Shown here in pieces: positions 31,949 to 40,365 of a stretch of DNA of 64,000 nucleotides (within the stretch, counting starts at the first letter, position 1; each line of letters opens with the position of its first letter). The DNA is from Sedimentisphaerales bacterium (GTDB lineage Bacteria > Planctomycetota > Phycisphaerae > Sedimentisphaerales > SM23-30): NCBI GenBank assembly GCA_963666285.1, contig OY762711.1. One strand, given 5' to 3'. Position numbers and translations under genes: made by a program. The notes beneath the pieces are model-generated. The model saw only the letters and a program-made list of their open reading frames with translations. It made no database searches and had not been told where the DNA came from.

Positions 31949-31977
31949 AGTATATATCGACCCTGATGCCTTTGCAA
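31949..31977 (-). promoter_or_regulatory. Sigma70-type promoter of recA
   Basis: Minus strand TTGCAA-N17-TATACT. Confidence 0.7.
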
Positions 31978-32268
31978 CATTAAATTTATAGCTAAAATTT
32001 ATATTTTCAAGCAAATATTTATCAAAAATACTTCCTGTTGTTGTTCAATTTGCAGGGGCCACCAGATTTTGTATGCGGAGTTTGTAAAAATTATATGAAA
32101 TCTATACTTGTTTATAATATTTATATCCTATAGATATTTCACTTGAGGACTAAATTTTCGATGAAAGATTTGAATATATGTCACAATTTGTCGATTTCCG
32201 CTGACGCAAAATTAACCATATACAATGTGTATATTAAGGTGATTATCTTTTAAAATGAAATGATATTG

Positions 32269-33525
32269 TTATTTTTTAATATCTCGATTTGCCTGTTCAA
32301 TTCTTTTCAATATCTCATCTGTTTTGCCATACTCCAGGCTCCAGTGTTGCTCGCCTCGCTCTATGACGCTGTCGTGATAGGTCCAATAAAGAGTAAGAGG
32401 TATTTTGTTCTTTACGATTTCTTGCAGGCATGATTCAATGTATGGCAAACAGCCTGGTTTTCGATAATCTTCGATTTCATCAGGCATTTTTTTATACATT
32501 CCGATTTCTCCTATCATTAGGGGCTTACCGATTTTTTGAGCTGTCTGCATAAATGATTTTATATTTCTCGTACTCATATTGTCATTGCCGTCAAAACATG
32601 AGAATGCTTCTTCATAATAATGGATACTGATAATGTCGATCGGGTCTGGATTTGAAAGTTGGATGTATTCAATCAATTCCTGCCGGTTGTCACGAGTCCA
32701 GTCGACCGGTTCAATATTTAAAGCAGCTCGCAGCAAATGCATAGCCGCCGGACGTGGAGAAGAGTGCCCGGTTGTGACCAGGTGATTTTTGTCGATGGAT
32801 TTGATTAATTCAGCTAGCTGCTGCACCATTTCTGCCAGCTCTTCAGATGTAAAATTGTTACTGCCATCTCGAACAACGACTGACGGTGTTAAGTTATGTG
32901 CGTAATCTCTGATAACACCATTATTTAATTGTAAATCCGCTTCCAGGTTCCATTCGTTGCCTAATTCCCACATTGCAATAGTTGTGCGATCCTTATATCG
33001 ACTGACAACGGCAGTAATATATTCTTTTATTTTCTGGCGGGCGGCAGATTGAGGATTGATAATACCTTCATGAATAGAGTGGCCCCCAAGATCAGCAAAG
33101 ACAGCGTTCCACCATATCAATGAAGGTATTACCTTTATATCATATTGGTCGCACAGATCTAGAATCCGATCAAAACGTTTAAAATATATTTCACGCTTGG
33201 CAATTTGTATTTCTTTGTCCCGATGGAAAAAATATCGATCATAATCTATCGCAAAATATGGACACGCCATAAAACGTACAATCTTAAAGCCATGTTGGTG
33301 TAATGCCTCTAAATCCCTGGTTACTATCTGTTTGTTTTTTGTTTGCCATTCTTCTTCCGGGCAAAAGATTGATTGGTGCAGCAAATCATATTTGTTGAAG
33401 CCAATTTCCCGGTACTCCTTTCCGTCGAGATAAAGATCTGTCCCTTTTGCTTTAAGGAAACCCTGACTTGCTGAACAGCCGGCAGCACTAATAAGCACGA
33501 ATAATATTATGTTAATAGTTTTCAA
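32269..33525 (-). CDS. Glycoside hydrolase, clan GH-A (GH5-like), probable lipoprotein
   Basis: SAAGC lipobox; RYKD...MWELGNE (acid/base), SIHYY, KPLMIGEIG (nucleophile); TTG start. Confidence 0.85.
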   Translation of the reverse strand: MKTINIILFVLISAAGCSASQGFLKAKGTDLYLDGKEYREIGFNKYDLLHQSIFCPEEEWQTKNKQIVTRDLEALHQHGFKIVRFMACPYFAIDYDRYFFHRDKEIQIAKREIYFKRFDRILDLCDQYDIKVIPSLIWWNAVFADLGGHSIHEGIINPQSAARQKIKEYITAVVSRYKDRTTIAMWELGNEWNLEADLQLNNGVIRDYAHNLTPSVVVRDGSNNFTSEELAEMVQQLAELIKSIDKNHLVTTGHSSPRPAAMHLLRAALNIEPVDWTRDNRQELIEYIQLSNPDPIDIISIHYYEEAFSCFDGNDNMSTRNIKSFMQTAQKIGKPLMIGEIGMYKKMPDEIEDYRKPGCLPYIESCLQEIVKNKIPLTLYWTYHDSVIERGEQHWSLEYGKTDEILKRIEQANRDIKK

Positions 33526-33642
33526 TTACTAATCTCCAGTTTTATAAACGAGTTGTACAAGCTTTTCATTCGCACTTTTCAAATTGTAATAAACGCCTAA
33601 AATTATCTTTACGGATAACGCCCAACAGTCAAAAGTACGCCT

Positions 33643-36528
33643 TTATTCAAATACATACCAGGTGGAACTTTCAGGCATTACATCAATATCCAGATCGATA
33701 GAATAGTCCCTGTTCAACTTTAGCGTCTTCATCGTTCCCGAAGCATCAATGACTTTGGCCGTGTCGGTCAGTCCGGTATAATACAGGTTCACACGAATAG
33801 ATTTCGCCGCTTTTTCTTTCAGCGGGTTAAAGATCATTAGCATTCCTTTTTCCTTGCCGCCCGGATTAACATTCAGCCAGTAATCGATATCCCGTCCATC
33901 TGGCCGCCGCAGGTGGATTATATCTCCTTCCAGCACTTCACGGTGTTGTTTGTACCAGTCAACGGTATTTTTCACCATCTGTTTTGTCTGGTCCGTATCG
34001 TATAGTCTCGGCCCGCGATAACATGCCTGCACCCCGGCTCCCAGGTTAGACAGCATCATTTTCTCATAATGGTCCAGATGTTCGTTCAGCGGCTCTATTG
34101 TTGCCGCGCTGCCCCCGCCTTGATATTGCGTCAGCGGTACAAACATCCAGCCCATGCCGGGTGTTTTTTGCCAGGTACCGTCATAGATATTCTGCCTGGT
34201 GTGTATTACCTGCTGCGACCTCGGCAGCGACCAGTTTGACTCGCGGTATCCCATCCCGCATTTATTTGAGCCTGCCAGGTAGTAAAAGTCCGGCACATTC
34301 AGATAGACGCCCTGGCTTCTGCACCATTTATAAAAATCACTTATTACTTGCCATTGACGCCACCTGGAATCGCCATGACCTTTATGGCCCGGGTGATCCG
34401 TTGCCATACATTCATCGCCCGGGTAAGAGCCGTCATGTTCCAGCAGCATAAAACCGGTCTTCTCATAGAACTGGTAAAGTTTGCGAAAATAATCCTGACC
34501 CCATTTGCTGCCCAGGCACGGACTGTTGCCAAAGGTAGGTCTTTTTCCTTCCGGCATAACAACATCATTACCGTTGCCGATGCGCCTCGATGCCAGCAGG
34601 GAGTATCCGCCTATCTCGATACCTTTGCTTTTTGCATAGTCTGCGTATCTTTTCATTTCGGCGATATACTTATCACTATCGTTTTCTATATTGAAGCCGC
34701 TGCCAAAGGTAAGGATCACCATCTCAAATCCAACTTCTGCGCATTGGTCGATAGCGTTTTTTACTGTATCCCAGTCGGCGTACCGCACATGCATCATCAA
34801 TGGGTTTTCTGTTATCCACGGAGAAATAATTCGATACATCTTTCGCTGTGCCAGCCCGTTTCTTTCCCGGTCGAAGCTGTCGTTGGGTTTTATAAATGCG
34901 TGAAATGATTCAAATTCCCCGCCCGGTGCGATCTCCATGTCTGGTCCCAGTTCTGGTCGAACCTCCAGCATGCAGGGATTCATACGCGGGTAGTTTACCT
35001 GTGTCCGGTAGTCAGGGTCCGGTTGCCAGTGAACTGAGAATCGGCTGGTATTGGCCGATGTCATCCCGCTAAAGGCATATTCAGTCTCGACATGAATATT
35101 CGGCGGAGTGAATTTCACGCCTCTATCTTCCACGGCTGAACTGTATTCGACCGCCGCCAGGATCTCACTTTTGAAGTTGTTTAGCTGGACGGGTTTATTG
35201 GTTCTGTTAGCTACGGTTATCCATTTGCTAAGAACAGGCACGCCATCGTAAAGTTCGTAATGTACTGAAACATTTATTTCGTTATTATTCTGCTTGCGGA
35301 TTTCACTCAGAGAGTTTGTGTCAATGCTGCCGTATGCGGCAAATTCCATTATCCGCAAACGGACCGGGTTGCCCGGTTCAGAAAAATCATCCGCTCCTCC
35401 GGTTTTGCTGGTCTTGCCGACTCGTACAGACTTAAGCTTACCGGCGTCAGCAGGTATCGTGATTTCCTCGCATGTCGTCCATGTCCCTTTCTGCGGCTTT
35501 GCCTGGGCATATATTTTATTGTCGTCAATCATCAGTCGCAAGTTACATGGTTTGCTCAGGTCCGGTTTCTGCCTGTCGCCTGCCGCCGCATTTTCATTTG
35601 AGCCAACAGTTAAACCGAACATCGCCACACCGTTATTGTTAGCATTGCCGCCCGGACGCAGGTAGAATTTAATAACAGTATTGTCATAAACCAGTGCTAT
35701 TCCCGGCCCCCAGCTTGCACTGCTGTCTGTCCCGGCGTCAATTTGAACTTCAACCAGTTTTGTACCCTCCGGCAATTCCCGTTCGGCATAAACAGCAGTG
35801 TTGGCAGGTGTATATATCTCACCGAATTTGCCCTCGTTTATAAATGAGCTGCGCGGATGAGATTTAGATGTGTGGATCTTCCAGCTTTCGCCGGCTTTGC
35901 TGAAGTTGTCGTACAGCAGTCTTTTTCTGCCGACATTACTATCCATCGTTTCACTTATCGAGATTTGTGATAGTTCCGGCATTTTGTAATCCATTCTCAG
36001 ATGCACTCCCCTGGGTGGCCAAACAGCATCTTTGGCATGATATCGCACCTGGTTCCACTTTATCCGCTCAACTGGCTGAGAAATCTCATATCCGCAAAAT
36101 GTAAATGCATCTGGTGAAGCTTCCAGTTTATCTATCCAGTCCTCGCGCAGGAATGCAAAATTCGATTGGCCTTTTAGCCCGCCTATCTCGTGCCAGCTGC
36201 CGTCTAGCTGGATCATCGCTTCCGGTTTTACTCCGCGGATTATCGATTCGCCGGTCATAAGGTTGTCAAAGCCTGTTGTTGCCGCGTTTGGTATAAGTTT
36301 GAATGTGCGGCTGATCAAACCGTTGCAGATTACCAGCTCATCATTTTTCTTACCGCGATATACCTCGGCTTTATATGGTGAACCGTCAAGCAGCCAGTCA
36401 CTTTTTGGTAATGAATTCATTTGTGGAAGTTGTTCCGGCTTATCTGTCTGTTGCAATTCAGCATAACCAGAAGAAGCTATTAATATGCAGGTAATTATCG
36501 ACTGGAAGAATCTTTTTCTGAAATTCAT
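33643..36528 (-). CDS. Secreted alpha-galactosidase-like glycoside hydrolase (clan GH-D-like), tentative
   Basis: Signal peptide; NGLISRTF, HYELYDG.P..SKW, IDQCAEVGFEMVILTFGSG, EHDGSY, RRPDGRD.D. Confidence 0.65.
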   Translation of the reverse strand: MNFRKRFFQSIITCILIASSGYAELQQTDKPEQLPQMNSLPKSDWLLDGSPYKAEVYRGKKNDELVICNGLISRTFKLIPNAATTGFDNLMTGESIIRGVKPEAMIQLDGSWHEIGGLKGQSNFAFLREDWIDKLEASPDAFTFCGYEISQPVERIKWNQVRYHAKDAVWPPRGVHLRMDYKMPELSQISISETMDSNVGRKRLLYDNFSKAGESWKIHTSKSHPRSSFINEGKFGEIYTPANTAVYAERELPEGTKLVEVQIDAGTDSSASWGPGIALVYDNTVIKFYLRPGGNANNNGVAMFGLTVGSNENAAAGDRQKPDLSKPCNLRLMIDDNKIYAQAKPQKGTWTTCEEITIPADAGKLKSVRVGKTSKTGGADDFSEPGNPVRLRIMEFAAYGSIDTNSLSEIRKQNNNEINVSVHYELYDGVPVLSKWITVANRTNKPVQLNNFKSEILAAVEYSSAVEDRGVKFTPPNIHVETEYAFSGMTSANTSRFSVHWQPDPDYRTQVNYPRMNPCMLEVRPELGPDMEIAPGGEFESFHAFIKPNDSFDRERNGLAQRKMYRIISPWITENPLMMHVRYADWDTVKNAIDQCAEVGFEMVILTFGSGFNIENDSDKYIAEMKRYADYAKSKGIEIGGYSLLASRRIGNGNDVVMPEGKRPTFGNSPCLGSKWGQDYFRKLYQFYEKTGFMLLEHDGSYPGDECMATDHPGHKGHGDSRWRQWQVISDFYKWCRSQGVYLNVPDFYYLAGSNKCGMGYRESNWSLPRSQQVIHTRQNIYDGTWQKTPGMGWMFVPLTQYQGGGSAATIEPLNEHLDHYEKMMLSNLGAGVQACYRGPRLYDTDQTKQMVKNTVDWYKQHREVLEGDIIHLRRPDGRDIDYWLNVNPGGKEKGMLMIFNPLKEKAAKSIRVNLYYTGLTDTAKVIDASGTMKTLKLNRDYSIDLDIDVMPESSTWYVFE

Positions 36529-36650
36529 TGATTAGGTTTCCGGTGTGTTTGAATATTAATATGTAAATTGAAATATATTTCCTGGAAGTGGAAAATTTTA
36601 CCAGAAATGTCTTTTCCTGGCCAAGTTAATTTAGTTTTATAACCATGTTA

Positions 36651-36712
36651 TAGTTTACTTTCGCAGTTTTTAAGTTGCAAAAATCGCCTAAAAGGGCCTT
36701 CCTGTAACACTT
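36651..36712 (+). repeat. 62-bp dispersed repeat, copy 1
   Basis: 60/62 identical to 62305-62366. Confidence 0.9.
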
Positions 36713-36963
36713 TGAATTAAATATACTTTCGAGAAATAACTCGAAAATACAATTAAATGGTAAGTTTTTTATTCACAAGGCCCTGTTCCGGCCTTTGCGT
36801 ATAATGTTGAACAGTCAAAAGTGCGAAACCGCACTTATACAATTTTATGTAAAAATGTTAAGGTTAACTATATTACTAAAACTGACCGATTCTTCACTTT
36901 GCTTTGCTGTAACAAAATATAGCACAGTCTGTTACATTAATAATTTAAATTTGTCTGCCGCCT

Positions 36964-36984
36964 GCCCTGAGTTTATCGAAGGGC
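36964..36984. repeat. REP-like hairpin (GCCCTGAG...GAAGGGC)
   Basis: GCCCT-gagtttatcga-AGGGC; resembles a widespread intergenic palindromic element. Confidence 0.45.
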
Positions 36985-37020
36985 CGCGGCTTTCCTTCCC
37001 TAATACCTAAACACTAATAC

Positions 37021-38673
37021 CTAACCCGGACAAGCCGGAACCAAACAGGTTTTTATAATTATATTTACGCTGCATAAGAATTCCACGATAATGTATCAGA
37101 ATTATTATGCAGAACTTTATTGAACGACATTTTAACAAAATTAAGGGAGTTACCTCCTGTTTTGACCGTGTCATATTTACTGGTACAATACCGGGAATAT
37201 GTTTTGCCGATGGAATGACTGTGCATTTGCGTAAACACAACATTCGAATATTTGATTTCACTAAATGGGCTGAACCTTTGCGTGACCTCATTAATGAAAA
37301 CGCCAAAGTTGTTGCATCTGACAATGGTCTTGAGATAGAATTTATTCGTAAAAAGAATTTCCGCAAAGAGAAAGTTATTAAACAGATAATTGACCAAAGA
37401 GGTAATCACCCTGGGCTGGTACATATTTTCTCGGCTATGGAAACCTGCAGCAGCTATGAACCATGGCATAACAAACAAACCGGAAAAACTTATATTAGAG
37501 GTTCTCAGGGAAGGTGTTTGCATTATTATTTCTATTTTATTGATAAAGCATTGGGGCTCTGCTATTTGAGAGTACCAACCTGGGCTCCGTTCCGATTGCA
37601 ATTGTACTTTAACGGTCATAATCAACTGGCTGCTAAATTGAAAAGTAAAAATATCGATTACACCATGCTTGACAATGTTTTTATTGATATCGAAGATTTC
37701 GACAAGGCCCAAAAGCTCAGTGACAGCCTTAGCGTCAACCAGCTTCATCGCATTATTGAAAAATATGCTACTACTTATTGTCCTGTAATTACAGAGCTTA
37801 AGGAAAATTTCCACTGGAGTATAATGCAGGCGGAATATGCTACAGACATTGTTTTCAAAAAACAATCTGACCTGACCTGTATATATGAGGAATTGACCAG
37901 AACAGCTATTCATTCGGTTAAGGCTGATAATATCGCCACCTTCCTGGGAAGAAAGTTGTATACCAGCTATGAAGGTGAAATGGGCAATGACTTTAGCACC
38001 AGAATTGAAGGCACACGGATAAAACATCACATGGGGCCGGCTTCTGTCAAAATGTACGATAAGCATAAGCTTGTTCTGCGAATTGAGACAACAGTTAATG
38101 ATGTCAGCTTTTTCAAACACTACCGCAAGGTGGAACATCGCGACGGCACAACGAGCATGAAGCAGGCTCCGTTGCGTAAAAGTATTTATTCCTTTCCGGT
38201 TCTCACCGACCTGCTTGCCGCTTCTAATAGAAGATATATTGACTTTATCTCGGCTATTGATGACCCTACCTCTGCTAATAAGGATATTGATAAAATCTCC
38301 AGAGCTAAAAAGAAAAACGGTCGCAGTTTCAAAGGGTTTAATCTGTTCAACAAAGATGACCTTAAACTGATGCAAACTGTGTTGAGAGGAGAATTTAATA
38401 TCAATGGCTTTACCAGCAAACTTTTGAGAAAACACATGGGTAATAAAACCCCTAATCAGGTCTCCAGGATGCTCAAAAGACTCCGAATACATGGCCTGAT
38501 TAAGAAAATCGGAAAAACGTACAAATACTATCTGACCAAAATGGGAAGAAGAGTTATTACCGCTGCTTTGAAAGCAAAGGAAATGCTCCTTATCCCTTTG
38601 CTCAGAGGTAATTTGAACTAATTGTAATAATTTCTTTGCCATTTTGCGCAAAATTTTATTGGTAAGATACTAA
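37021..38673 (+). mobile_element. Putative non-DDE insertion element without terminal inverted repeats
   Basis: CTAA at both ends (37021-37024, 38670-38673); excision restores a CCTAATA heptamer unit; CCGG-N5-CCGG near the left end; ATTTTGCGCAAAAT palindrome at 38641-38654; single large ORF. Confidence 0.7.
37107..38621 (+). CDS. Putative transposase: Rep_trans-like Tyr nickase core + C-terminal winged HTH (the kind of protein easily labelled 'MarR family')
   Basis: QAEYATD (E243/D247), VKMYDK (Y317), LRIE (E327); C-terminal VSRMLKRLRIHGLIKKIGKTYKYYLT wHTH; very basic. Confidence 0.75.
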   Translation: MQNFIERHFNKIKGVTSCFDRVIFTGTIPGICFADGMTVHLRKHNIRIFDFTKWAEPLRDLINENAKVVASDNGLEIEFIRKKNFRKEKVIKQIIDQRGNHPGLVHIFSAMETCSSYEPWHNKQTGKTYIRGSQGRCLHYYFYFIDKALGLCYLRVPTWAPFRLQLYFNGHNQLAAKLKSKNIDYTMLDNVFIDIEDFDKAQKLSDSLSVNQLHRIIEKYATTYCPVITELKENFHWSIMQAEYATDIVFKKQSDLTCIYEELTRTAIHSVKADNIATFLGRKLYTSYEGEMGNDFSTRIEGTRIKHHMGPASVKMYDKHKLVLRIETTVNDVSFFKHYRKVEHRDGTTSMKQAPLRKSIYSFPVLTDLLAASNRRYIDFISAIDDPTSANKDIDKISRAKKKNGRSFKGFNLFNKDDLKLMQTVLRGEFNINGFTSKLLRKHMGNKTPNQVSRMLKRLRIHGLIKKIGKTYKYYLTKMGRRVITAALKAKEMLLIPLLRGNLN

Positions 38674-38952
38674 TACATCTCAAGCTGACATTCGGTCAGC
38701 TTGAGTATATTGTCTATTTGCAGGTTGTGATTATATTTTATCTTTAAATCTTATTGGATTCCGTTTAAGCTCTTGCAAAGAAAAGAGATAGAGCCAAATG
38801 CGGTAGTATTTCTACTTCTTTTGAAAACTTTTTTTATTCGGTTTTATTTGAAAAATAATCATCTTACTGTATCATTCATAAGTTTAAGTAACAAATACGG
38901 TTTGATTTACCGGTTTATTAACCGGGTTAAAGGTTAAGACAGGAAAGATATA

Positions 38953-40236
38953 ATGTCAAAAATAGCGGCAGTAAAAGGCACCCGGGATTTTTATCCGGAT
39001 ATTATGGCGGTTCGCAACTGGATTGTCGACGGCTGGAAGGATGCATCAATTCGCAACGGTTTTGTGGAATATGACAGCCCGATATTCGAATATCTTGAGC
39101 TTTACACTCGTAAGAGCGGTGATGAGATTGTCAGCCAGTTATTCTCCATGACCGACCGCGGCGGCCGCGACCTGGCTATCCGTCCGGAAATCACACCGTC
39201 ACTGGCACGTATGGTCAACCAGCAGATAAATGCTTTACCACGCCCGGTTAAGTGGTTCTCTACCCCAAGATTATGTCGGGCCGAGCGCCCGCAGAAAGGG
39301 CGACTGCGAGAATTCTTCCAATGGAACTGTGATATTGTCGGTTCGGAATCTATCCTCGCTGATGCCGAGAGTATTTATACTGCTGTCGATTATCTTCGCA
39401 GTGTTAATCTTACTGCCGATGATATTGTTGTACGCATATCGAGCAGGTCGATGTTGGCAGAAGTTCTCAAAGCTATGGGTTTTGCCGAGGATCAGTTAAA
39501 TACAATTTATGTGCTTCTTGACAAAAAACCGAAGGTTTCTGATGAGGCTTTTGCCGAGATGGCTGCCGAACAGGTACCCGATGCCGATCTCCGGGCTAAA
39601 ATGATGCAGTTGCCGGAAGTGAAAACTCTGGACGATATCGATGCCCTGGCACATACCGATGCCGCTAAGCAAACAGTGGCAGAGCTTCGTGAGTTATTTA
39701 CCTGCCTTGATAATATGGGCATTGGCGAATATTGTAAATTTGATATCCAGATTGTTCGCGGCCTGGCTTATTATACCGGTCCGGTATTTGAAATTTTCGA
39801 TCGTAGTGAAAGCCTGCGTGCTATCTGCGGCGGTGGCCGTTACGATAGCCTGCTGACAATTCTTGGCGGGCCAAAGGTCCCGGCTACCGGTTTTGGTATG
39901 GGCGATGTCGTACTGGAAATTCTCCTGCGAGAGAAAGGCAAGATGCCGGAGTTTACCAGTACTATTGATTATTTTGTTATTGATGCCGGTGAAGATGTTT
40001 TTGACCGTGTACTCAAACTGGCATGCGATATTCGCAGCAAAGGCAAATCGGCTTCGTTCAGTTATAAACGACAGAATATGAAGAAACAATTCAAACAGGC
40101 CGACAGCCAACAGGCGAAGTACGCGATAGTTGTTGGCGAAGAAACAGTTGAACGAAACGAAATTACTGTCAAGGAACTGGCAACCGGTCAGCAGCAGTCT
40201 GTTAATATTGAAGAGTTTTTATCTTCTCTTTCTTAA
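38953..40236 (+). CDS. hisS: Histidine--tRNA ligase
   Basis: VKGTRDF, RPEITPSLAR, RAERPQKGRLREFFQ, RGLAYYTG, GGGRYD. Confidence 0.97.
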   Translation: MSKIAAVKGTRDFYPDIMAVRNWIVDGWKDASIRNGFVEYDSPIFEYLELYTRKSGDEIVSQLFSMTDRGGRDLAIRPEITPSLARMVNQQINALPRPVKWFSTPRLCRAERPQKGRLREFFQWNCDIVGSESILADAESIYTAVDYLRSVNLTADDIVVRISSRSMLAEVLKAMGFAEDQLNTIYVLLDKKPKVSDEAFAEMAAEQVPDADLRAKMMQLPEVKTLDDIDALAHTDAAKQTVAELRELFTCLDNMGIGEYCKFDIQIVRGLAYYTGPVFEIFDRSESLRAICGGGRYDSLLTILGGPKVPATGFGMGDVVLEILLREKGKMPEFTSTIDYFVIDAGEDVFDRVLKLACDIRSKGKSASFSYKRQNMKKQFKQADSQQAKYAIVVGEETVERNEITVKELATGQQQSVNIEEFLSSLS

Positions 40237-40275
40237 CATAAAACTTTAATTGACCAAATGGTCGGGCTGTGCATC

Positions 40276-40313
40276 AAAAAAAAAGACACCGTTTCTGACG
40301 ACGGTGTCCTTTT
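40276..40313. terminator. Bidirectional intrinsic terminator
   Basis: A9-GACACCGT-ttctgacg-ACGGTGTC-ctttt between hisS and the MCP gene. Confidence 0.8.
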
Positions 40314-40365
40314 GAATATGTGCTTTCTTTTTTTTGGAGGTCTATACATGAAGCACGATTATTGT

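Noticed and set aside
37007..37366. 119-aa minus-strand ORF ending FGSGLSGLG
   Set aside because: Reads through the element's left-end sequence and out into the flank; most likely non-coding end DNA.
37107..38621. Calling the 504-aa protein a MarR transcriptional regulator
   Set aside because: The wHTH covers only the last ~80 aa; the rest has catalytic-looking motifs and the gene has mobile-element-like boundaries.
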